From: an uncultured Pseudomonadota bacterium
GTDB lineage: Bacteria; Pseudomonadota; Alphaproteobacteria; JACZXZ01
Length of the DNA: 64,000 bases
NCBI GenBank assembly: GCA_963749075.1
Contig: CAVVLJ010000017.1
Span: forward strand, 768,001 to 832,000
Reading direction: 5' to 3'
Positions 32,004 through 40,060 of this stretch are shown piece by piece (the stretch's first letter is position 1; every line of letters starts with the position of its first letter). A program made the position numbers and the translations under genes. Below the pieces are notes generated by a model. That model did no database searches. It was not told where the DNA came from and saw nothing but the letters and a program-made list of their open reading frames with translations.

Positions 32004-32849
32004 GTGCGCGCGGCGGCGAGGTGCCGGCGGCACTACCGCGTCCTCCTCCTGCTGCCGGCGCTGGTCTTCCTCGCGCTGCTCTTCGCCTATCCGATGCTCG
32101 ACATCGTGCTGCGCAGCTTCGCCGGCCCGGCGGGCGCCACGCTCGCCCACTACCGCCAGGTCATAGACCATCCCGCCTACCTCCGCGTCTTCGGCATCAC
32201 CTTCGAGATCGCACTGAGCACGACCCTCGTGACGCTCGCGGTCGGCTACCCGCTCGCCTATGTGCTGGCGCGCGCGGGCCGTCTCGCGGCAGGGCTCATC
32301 ATGGCCGCGGTGCTGCTCTCGCTCTTCACCAACGTGCTGGTGCGCACCTATGCGTGGATGCTCATCCTGGGGCCGAACGGGGTGCTGAGCCAGGCGCTCC
32401 ACGCCGTGGGTCTCGGGCCGGTCAATCTCCTCTACAACCGCACCGGCGTGCTCATCGGCATGAGCTATGCGCTCCTCCCCTACATGGTGCTGACGCTCTA
32501 TAGCGTCATGCGCGGCATCGACCGCAGCTATCTCAAGGCGGCGCTCAACCTCGGCGCCAGCGAGTGGCGGGCCTTCCGCTCGGTCTTCCTGCCCTTGAGC
32601 CTGCCCGGCGTCGTCGGCGGGGCGCTCCTCGTCTTCGTGCTCGCCGTCGGCTATTTCATCACGCCGCGGCTCATGGGAGGTGCCGGCGACCAGATGATCG
32701 CCATGGTGATCGAGCAGCAGGTCGAGCTCGGCTTCAACTGGAGCTTCGCCTCAGCACTCGCCCTCATCCTCCTCGTCCTCACCACGGCCGGCTTCGTGCT
32801 CTACGACCGGCTCGTGGGGCTGCGCGGCCTCTTCGAGAGCAAGCTCTGA
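32004..32849 (+). CDS. ABC transporter permease (PotB-like)
   Basis: GYPLAY, LVRTYAW, AALNLGAS (EAA loop), LPLSLPG. Confidence 0.9.
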   Translation: MRAAARCRRHYRVLLLLPALVFLALLFAYPMLDIVLRSFAGPAGATLAHYRQVIDHPAYLRVFGITFEIALSTTLVTLAVGYPLAYVLARAGRLAAGLIMAAVLLSLFTNVLVRTYAWMLILGPNGVLSQALHAVGLGPVNLLYNRTGVLIGMSYALLPYMVLTLYSVMRGIDRSYLKAALNLGASEWRAFRSVFLPLSLPGVVGGALLVFVLAVGYFITPRLMGGAGDQMIAMVIEQQVELGFNWSFASALALILLVLTTAGFVLYDRLVGLRGLFESKL

Positions 32850-33661
32850 TGACGACCGCCGCCGCCGCCGCGCACGACCTCCTCCGCGCCGCGCGCGGTG
32901 CTGCACTCTGGCTCGCGGCAGGGGCGGCGCTCTTCTTCCTCCTCATGCCGATCGCCCTCATCCTGCTGCTCTCCTTCAGCGCCTCGCGCTATCTGCAATT
33001 CCCGCCGCCGGCCTATTCCCTCGTGTGGTACCGGCAGTTCTTCGGCGACCCGCAATGGATGACGTCGCTCTGGCTGAGCCTCAGAGTGTCGGGCATGTGC
33101 ACGGCGCTCGCACTCCTTTTGGGCGTGCTGGCGTCGGTCGCCCTCGTGCGCGAGAAGTTCCCCGCCAAGGCGGCCGTCTATGCCGTCATCCTCGCACCCC
33201 TCATCGTGCCGGGCATCATCATCGCCATCGCCGTCTATTTCCTCTTCGCGCGCCTCCACATGATCGGCAGCCCCTTCGCCATGGCGCTCGGGCAGGCGGT
33301 GATCACGCTGCCGCTCGTGGTGGTGATCGTCTCGGCGACGCTGCAAGGCTTCGACGAGCGCCTCGAGCAGGCGGCCTTGGCACTCGGTGCCACGCCCGCG
33401 CGCGCCTTCCTCCAGGTGACGCTGCCGATCATCGCCCCGGGTATCGTCTCGGCAGCACTCTTCGCCTTCCTCGCCTCCTTCGACGAGCTCCTGATCCCGC
33501 TCTTCCTCGCCGATCCCACCACCATGACGCTGCCGGTGCGCATCTGGACCAACGTCATCATGACGATCGACCCCACGATCACCGCGGTGAGCTCGGTCCT
33601 GATCGCAGGCGCGGTCGCGGTGCTGGGCGCGTCAAGCCTGCTGCGGCGCGGGCACCCCTAG
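32849..33661 (+). CDS. ABC transporter permease (PotC-like)
   Basis: FPP..YSLVWY, LEQAALALGA, FLASFDE, TLPVRIW. Confidence 0.92.
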   Translation: MTTAAAAAHDLLRAARGAALWLAAGAALFFLLMPIALILLLSFSASRYLQFPPPAYSLVWYRQFFGDPQWMTSLWLSLRVSGMCTALALLLGVLASVALVREKFPAKAAVYAVILAPLIVPGIIIAIAVYFLFARLHMIGSPFAMALGQAVITLPLVVVIVSATLQGFDERLEQAALALGATPARAFLQVTLPIIAPGIVSAALFAFLASFDELLIPLFLADPTTMTLPVRIWTNVIMTIDPTITAVSSVLIAGAVAVLGASSLLRRGHP

Positions 33662-33848
33662 CGCTCACCGTCTCCGAGCCGCAAATCACCGCGCCCCATC
33701 CTCCGCTTGAAGGGACTATCTTGGCGTCACGCGGTATATTTCCTCGCCCCGCTTGAGAGCGGATATACCGGCCTCGCGTAGCTCCAACCCGGTTAATGCC
33801 GCGAGCTTCCGCTGCCAATCCGGAAGCGGCCATTCTCTGCCGAACGTC
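33141..33848 (+). repeat. Direct repeat copy A (permease 3' part plus downstream DNA)
   Basis: 33141-33376 is nearly identical to 38225-38460; 33614-33848 matches 38461-38661 with more divergence. Confidence 0.9.
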
Positions 33849-33989
33849 GCAGAGGTGCCCAATGCAGCTCGCGGGCGACGCCTAGCGCGGACTCCGAACT
33901 TCGCAGGCATGCGCGGTCCGCGTCGCCGGCCTCCGATCTCTACGTTCACGGAACTGCCGCTTCCGCTTCTGGTGCTCGTGACCGAGCCG

Positions 33990-36704
33990 TCACACGACGA
34001 ACGCGCACTGCTCCTGGGGTGTGCGGGTATCCATGTTCCGCCCGCGGTTCAGGTGGTCATCGATCTCCGCGGCAGCGCCGATCATGCGGCCGTAAAGGAA
34101 CACGTTGAAGGCGGCCGTCTCCAGGTCCTTCTCGTCGAGCGCGCCCGAGCGATAGTCCTTCCACAGGATCGCGAGAAGCAGCGCGGCAATGACGGCATCG
34201 ACATTGACGCAGAAGACGTACCGCGAAGCGCCGGCGTCATAGAGCGCCTGCACGAGCTCGCGGTAGAAGGCGTGGAAGACATTGTAGTCCCCGCGCTTTT
34301 CCATGAACGCCGCAATGAAGCGCTCGCGCGGATCGTAGTTGACCGGCTTGCCCTTGAAGATCGGGTGATGGACCCCCGGCAGCGCGCGCGGCCCCTCGAA
34401 GCCGGATTCCTTGGATTGAGACTTCTCGTCTCTGTAGGCATCGGCGAACCTCATGGCCATCGCCTTGAGATCCAGGCCGTGCCCGCGGTCGCTTGGGTTC
34501 TCGAGGTCGATGCCCTTGAACTGCTCCAGGAGAAAGGCCATGCCCTCGAATCCGTTGCCCCCGTGGCTGTAGCCGCTGTGCGTGAGGAACCCGACCATCG
34601 CCTTGTTGATCTGTACCCGACCCGGCGTCTGCGGCCCGTCCGCCGCGACGGCCCCCTTGGCGCCCTGAGCCGTGATCGAACCCGGGCCGTTCGAGATCAG
34701 CAAGCCGATGAGGATTTGCAGCGGCAGCCCCTCCACCTCGGTCGGCCTCTTGCCGGTCAATGCGAGGAAGAGGAATTCCGCCATCGTCCACCGGCCGAAG
34801 CGCTCGTCGCGCGGGATGCCGCGAAGACTGCCATGCTGGTGATACTTGCCGGGGATCGAGGCGCCGATCATCACGCCGTAGAGTCGCAGATACCACGGGA
34901 GCGTCTCCGCGGTGAGCCGCGAGATGCGCTTGCGCATCAACGGTCCCCAGGCGATCGTCGTGGCGATGGCAGCCAGGATCGCGTCGCGCGAGAGCCGTCC
35001 ATCCAGCCGCTCCAGAAACTTGAGAAACAGCGATTTGCCGCCGCGCTCGCGGACGGCCTTGAGCATGGCCTCGGGACGCGGGTCGTCCGCCTCGGCGGCC
35101 GTGGCGAGGAACAGCGTGCGGGTCTTCTCGTCGACCGCGATCGCGCTGAAGTCCGCGCCCTCGTCATGAGAATCGAGCAGCCCGGAGTGCGCGAAGAGGT
35201 CGATGAGCCGCTTCGAGCAGGAGAGCGCGCGCTCGACGCGCTTCGGACCGACGAGCGCCGCTGCGGCCGCCATCACCGTGTTCGGCGAGTTTCCCGCCTC
35301 GCGCGCCGCGTCCGCCGCGGCCAGCGCCGCGTCGCCGACGAGGTTGATCTCCGCCGCGACCGCTATATCGAGCATGGCCCGATCGTTCTCCGAGGCGATC
35401 TCGTGCACCAGCGGCAGCGCGAAATTCGCTTCGAGCGGCAAGAGCGCGAGATCGAGCACGGAATGGCCATGGACGCTCGTCACCTGCGTTCGCGGATCCA
35501 TGACCGTGGCGCCGGACTTGTCCTTCATGGTCTGGCGCGGGACGACGGCGCCGATCTGCTCGCCGAGCGCCTTGATTTGGCCGTTGTACGGCGCCACGGC
35601 CTCGACCGTTTTGAGGACGAGCGCCTGCGGCAGTCTCAGGCCCTGGTCATTGGCGATCCACGGCTTGAGCAAAAGGCTGCCGCGCCGCGGGAAATCCGGC
35701 CTCACCCCGTTGAGCTCCATCACGGCGCTCAGCGCAAGCGGGATATGCGCGATGTTGGTCACGACCGCGCCTTTCGCGGAGACGACCGGCGTCTCGGGCG
35801 TGAACAGTTCAGCCACGCCGAACGCCTCCATGAACCAGCGCTCCTTGTCCTCGGCCCTGTCGCCGGAGCCCGCCATGGCACCGGCATGTCCCACGGCTCG
35901 CGTGAGCTTGGATTTCCACCGGCCGACGATGCAGGCGACGACCGGCTTATGGAAGTCGACGCCGCGCTCGTAATAGCCGCCGGGCTCGGCATAGAGAACG
36001 GCCGCCTTGCTGCGCGGGTCGTTCTTGAGCGCGTGGGCAAAGTCGCGCGCGGCATAGTGGATGTAGACGTCCTTGCCGGAGGAGACGAGCGTCGTGGTGC
36101 CCCAGCCCTCGGTTCCGAGATACTGGGCAATGGTGGTGGTGAAGCCGCCGGAGTTGGAGAAGATCGCGACCGAGCCTTTGAGCAGGACCTCCTCGGGATT
36201 GTCGCCGCCGAGCGCGCCGCCGAGCCGCACGCGGTTCCAGGAATCGGCCACGCCGAGGCAGTTGGCGCCGAAGATGTCGATGCCGTTGGCCTGGCCGAAC
36301 GCCCGGATCTCGCGGGCATCGTGCACCGAGATCTTCTCGGTGATCATGATGATCTTCTCGAGATCCGGATTCACCCGGATCAGTTCGGCAACGCCGTCGC
36401 GGACGCCCGGCGGCGGCAGGTAGACGACGCCGGTGTTGAAAGAGCGCCCGTCGTCCAGCCCTTCGCGGACGTTGTTGTAGACGGGAATGTCGCCGGCCGG
36501 CGTCGGCAGCACCTGCCCGCGCCGGCCAGGCGACGTCCCGAAGGCGACGTTGCCGCCGGAAAATGCGTGGCTGACCGGCGTCACCTGGCGGGACTCGCCG
36601 CCCAGGATATTGAGAACGCAAACGCGATCGTCGCGCGTGGCCACCTTGTCGAGCGCGTCGATGCCGAGATAGTAGGGGAAGCCCTCGATGCCTCTTTTGA
36701 ACAT
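33990..36704 (-). CDS. aclA: ATP-citrate lyase alpha subunit, long type II-like form (904 aa)
   Basis: CoA-binding domain, FGANCLG, SNSGG, phospho-His GHAGA, citrate-synthase-like C-terminus (HGGNG, PGVHHP, DPRE, VNVD). Confidence 0.85.
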   Translation of the reverse strand: MFKRGIEGFPYYLGIDALDKVATRDDRVCVLNILGGESRQVTPVSHAFSGGNVAFGTSPGRRGQVLPTPAGDIPVYNNVREGLDDGRSFNTGVVYLPPPGVRDGVAELIRVNPDLEKIIMITEKISVHDAREIRAFGQANGIDIFGANCLGVADSWNRVRLGGALGGDNPEEVLLKGSVAIFSNSGGFTTTIAQYLGTEGWGTTTLVSSGKDVYIHYAARDFAHALKNDPRSKAAVLYAEPGGYYERGVDFHKPVVACIVGRWKSKLTRAVGHAGAMAGSGDRAEDKERWFMEAFGVAELFTPETPVVSAKGAVVTNIAHIPLALSAVMELNGVRPDFPRRGSLLLKPWIANDQGLRLPQALVLKTVEAVAPYNGQIKALGEQIGAVVPRQTMKDKSGATVMDPRTQVTSVHGHSVLDLALLPLEANFALPLVHEIASENDRAMLDIAVAAEINLVGDAALAAADAAREAGNSPNTVMAAAAALVGPKRVERALSCSKRLIDLFAHSGLLDSHDEGADFSAIAVDEKTRTLFLATAAEADDPRPEAMLKAVRERGGKSLFLKFLERLDGRLSRDAILAAIATTIAWGPLMRKRISRLTAETLPWYLRLYGVMIGASIPGKYHQHGSLRGIPRDERFGRWTMAEFLFLALTGKRPTEVEGLPLQILIGLLISNGPGSITAQGAKGAVAADGPQTPGRVQINKAMVGFLTHSGYSHGGNGFEGMAFLLEQFKGIDLENPSDRGHGLDLKAMAMRFADAYRDEKSQSKESGFEGPRALPGVHHPIFKGKPVNYDPRERFIAAFMEKRGDYNVFHAFYRELVQALYDAGASRYVFCVNVDAVIAALLLAILWKDYRSGALDEKDLETAAFNVFLYGRMIGAAAEIDDHLNRGRNMDTRTPQEQCAFVV

Positions 36705-36730
36705 GCGCCGGCCCTATCGCAAGCTAGCCA

Positions 36731-38011
36731 TCAAGCCGCACCCTTCAAACCGAGGTGAGCCGCAATCTCAGCCCGGCCGCCGCTCCTCATCCATTCGTCG
36801 ATCTTCTTGGCGTAGTTGACGACCTCCGAGATCGCGCTGTCGAAACCGAAGAAGCGGTAGGGAAGATTGAGGGAATCGCAGGTTTCCGAAAGCGCGCCCA
36901 TCCCGCGCACGAGGTTGGGTCCTCCGCGGCCAACCACGACGTAGAGCGGGGTCGCGCCATGGCTGCTGAAATGCTCGCGCAGGGCGTCGCCCATGGCGCG
37001 GAAGGTCTCGTAGATGTCGGTATTGTTCGACTTGCCGCCGATGATGAACAGCACGTTGGCCTGTTTGAGCCAGTGCTTGTAGCAGATGCGCGCGACCGCC
37101 TTCATCTTCTCGTACGGCGGATTGCCGCCGAAGTCCGACGAGATGATCGCCGCCTCGCCCAGAACCTCCGTCACCAACGAATTCGCGCCGCCGCCGAAGG
37201 TCGGTGCCAAGATCGTTCCTTTGTCGTTGATGACGAAGACGTCCGACTGTCCCTGGTGCGTACGCAGCTGGTTCACCTCATGCTCGAAGTCCGACGTGTC
37301 CGCCGTGAACAGGTGATCCGGAAGTCCCAGGCGCTGCCAGCGCGGATCGTCGCGATCGAAGCCGCACTTGAAATCGCAGGCGACCGGGGTCAGCCGTCCC
37401 TCGCGGCCCGGGCGCATGCGGATCGGATTGAGTTCCAGCGTGGTCATCCCGTAGTGATGCATCAGCTCCCACAGTTTCGGAAGGTGCTGGACCAGCGGCG
37501 AGATGATCTCCTTCGGCGCGCCGATATCGCTCAGCGCGTTGGCGACGACGAAGGCCTTCAAGCCGGTCAAGGCCTCGAAGGGCACTTGCGCGATCTCCTT
37601 CTTGTCGAGCTCCTCGATGTCGACGCCGCCCCGGTGCGTCAGCGTCATCGTCGGCGCGCGGAACTCCGTCGCATCGGTGATGGCGAAATAGACCTCATGC
37701 TCCGCCGGCACGCCGCTCTCGAAGGTGACGCCGTTGGACTTTGCAACGACATTCCCGTGCCGGTGCTCGGCGAAATACAGCCGCTCCTTCTCCTTGAGCG
37801 CCGTCTTGAGATCGGCCGCCTTGCCGATCAGGCCGGCTTTGCCCTTCTTGCCGATGCCGCCGCGGAACAGCGGCTTGATGAAAATGAGCTTGTGTCGATC
37901 GATCAGTCCCTGGATCTCGTCTTCACTGGCGCCCGGACCCAGGATCTCGGCCGCCGGAAACTCGACGTGTTCGAGCAGGCGGGCACCATAGAGCATTCCC
38001 GTGATCTGCAC
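36731..38011 (-). CDS. aclB: ATP-citrate lyase beta subunit (ATP-grasp plus citrate-binding)
   Basis: GTG start after GGAGG; KKGKAGLI, GGVDIEE, LELNP, FGGGANS, DFGGNPP, GRGGPN. Confidence 0.85.
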   Translation of the reverse strand: MQITGMLYGARLLEHVEFPAAEILGPGASEDEIQGLIDRHKLIFIKPLFRGGIGKKGKAGLIGKAADLKTALKEKERLYFAEHRHGNVVAKSNGVTFESGVPAEHEVYFAITDATEFRAPTMTLTHRGGVDIEELDKKEIAQVPFEALTGLKAFVVANALSDIGAPKEIISPLVQHLPKLWELMHHYGMTTLELNPIRMRPGREGRLTPVACDFKCGFDRDDPRWQRLGLPDHLFTADTSDFEHEVNQLRTHQGQSDVFVINDKGTILAPTFGGGANSLVTEVLGEAAIISSDFGGNPPYEKMKAVARICYKHWLKQANVLFIIGGKSNNTDIYETFRAMGDALREHFSSHGATPLYVVVGRGGPNLVRGMGALSETCDSLNLPYRFFGFDSAISEVVNYAKKIDEWMRSGGRAEIAAHLGLKGAA

Positions 38012-38224
38012 CCCAGCCTCCAAGTCGTCGCTAGTCTGCCACGAAGCCGCGCGGCTCTAAGTTCAGGGGATCGTAAAGTCCCCGGTCTCAATTCAACGAG
38101 GATATCCGTCGGGATCGAGAGCCACAAGGCCCGCAAGCTCTCTTGTCGCCTTGAGATGCTCCATGATGATCTGGCAGTTACCCCCGGCCAGCGCGCGTGC
38201 ACCTCGACGCGCGCCCGGCGGCCT

Positions 38225-38661
38225 CCCTCGTGCGCGAGAAGTTCCCCGCCAAGGCGGCCGTCTATGCCGTCATCCTGGCACCTCTCATCGTGCCGGGCAT
38301 CATCATCGCCATCGCCGTCTATTTCCTCTTCGCGCGCCTCCACATGATCGGCAGCCCCTTCGCCATGGCGCTCGGGCAGGCGGTGATCGCGCTGCCGCTC
38401 GTGGTGGTGATCGTCTCGGCGACCCTCCAAGGCTTCGACGAGTGCCTCGAGCAGGCGGCCGTCGTGCCGGGTGCTGGGCGCGTCAAACCTGCTGCGGCGC
38501 GCGCGCCCCTCGTGCTCGCCGTCTCCGAGCCGCAAATCACCGCACCCCATCCACCGCCCGAGAGCGGATATACGCGGCCTCGCGTAGGTCCAACCCGGTT
38601 AATGCCGCGAGCTTCCGCTTCCGGTCCGGAAGCGGCCATTCTTTACGCATCGCCGAACGTC
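38225..38661 (+). pseudogene. Direct repeat copy B: internally deleted duplicate of the permease 3' end and downstream DNA
   Basis: LVREKFPAKAAVYAVILAPLIVPG... repeated; two deletions relative to copy A. Confidence 0.9.
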
Positions 38662-38718
38662 CCGGGCGTGCCAGTAGCAGACATCGGGCCATTGGCCATG
38701 AGGGTTCGTCGTTCGGCG

Positions 38719-38766
38719 CTATCCAGTACCGAAATCATCGATGGCGATGCGCATCCCGGTTGCACG
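38719..38766 (-). pseudogene. Tiny EAL-domain remnant
   Basis: RATGMRIAIDDFGTG*, with a stop in place of the Y of DDFGTGY. Confidence 0.55.
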
Positions 38767-38859
38767 AATTAGGGGCACATCGCTGCGCTTTTCCATGAGT
38801 AAGAACTCGATCAATGGGTTTTGGTAATATCTCCCCAAAGGAGGGGGGAACTCAGGATC

Positions 38860-39632
38860 ATGGAGCGCCCACCGGAGCCGGCCGCCTTCCTTCGATCGGT
38901 CACATTCGATGTGCGGCGCGGCTTGTTTCTGGAAGCCATTGCCGCCAGCATCCGAATTCAGGGGCTGTGCATCCTCAAAAATGTCCTGACCCCGGATGGA
39001 CCGCTGAAAATTCACGACCGCTTTAACGGCTGGTACGAGAGCGCCAAGGATGACAATGGCGACGGCAAGAACGACCGGGTGCTTCAATCCGCCTTGACGC
39101 TGCCTAATATCCCCGGGCTCGCGGATACATTCATCTCATTTCTCGCCGCCAGCCGCTTCCCCGACATCGGCCGCCATTATTTCTCCTGCACGACGGGCAA
39201 CCTTGTCATTCCCGAAAACCATGTCCTGCTGCGCGTCCTCAGCGACTATACCCATTCGCTACTCGTCCGTCGTTCGACCCGGCGGCATAATTTCCATCTC
39301 GACTACCCGTTAATCCCCATAGTTTCCCGATGAATGTATGGATTCCGCTGACGAAAATCGACCAGGACTGCCGCGGGCTTTCTTTCCTGTTACCCTACAC
39401 CGAAAAGATTTACGATCTGCCGCTGGATATCGACGGCATCATGGCGGCCACTAATGGCTATGTCGTCACGCCGGAAGCAGAGGTCGGCGATATGTTCCTA
39501 TTTACCCATAAGACGCTGCATGGGGTGTTCTTCACACCGAAAAAGATAAGGCCGCGCCTCAGCATAGAGTTCCGCGTTGGCCCCTCCCATATGCTCCCCA
39601 AAGATTATAGCGACGTGCTCTACCGCCTTTAG
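38860..39632 (+). pseudogene. PhyH-like Fe(II)/2OG dioxygenase split by a frameshift at about 39315
   Basis: FHLD in ORF 1; NVWIPL, GDMFLF, TLHG and RLSIEFR in ORF 2; adding one C to CCCC (39315-39318) restores the frame; lower GC. Confidence 0.7.
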
Positions 39633-39702
39633 CTTCACGCAGCTTTGGCTGCGATCCAGCCCGGGTTAGGAATGCGAGCACCACGAGCACGAGCAGCGAA
39701 GG

Positions 39703-39801
39703 GCCATGGAAGCTAAGATCAGCGACCACGTATGGACCTGCGAAGAAATTGCGGCGTTGGCAGACGCTTCAAGGGGGAACGGATCAAAATGATACACTAC
39801 C
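39703..39801 (+). mobile_element. IS1-family-like transposase C-terminal remnant with a putative terminal inverted repeat
   Basis: AMEAKISDHVWTCEEIAALAD resembles the TPAM.AG..DH.W..EE tail; it ends in TCAAAATGATACACTACC (GGTAGTG-type end). Confidence 0.6.
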
Positions 39802-40060
39802 GGCCGCAATGCCCGCGAGCGGTCGATGGTCCGAGAAGGGTCAGGGACGGCCGAAGCGGAATGCCCGCGCTTGGTCCGATCAGCCCCCCGCAACGGACCT
39901 TCTGTGGCGTGCGCGCCCCCCCGGCCCTCGGTCGAACGTCGCCGGAGCGACCCCCACTGGGCCGGCACCCCCTAAATCCCAACGGGTCCTCCGGGATGGC
40001 GTACGGATCGTATTCCGCGTACCCGATGAGCATCCCCTCGACATGGGTCCGCTTCGTGCC

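Noticed and set aside
39797-40040. GAGGGG-MLIGYA resembling a serine resolvase start
   Set aside because: Only six residues match (no RVS); too short to support a call
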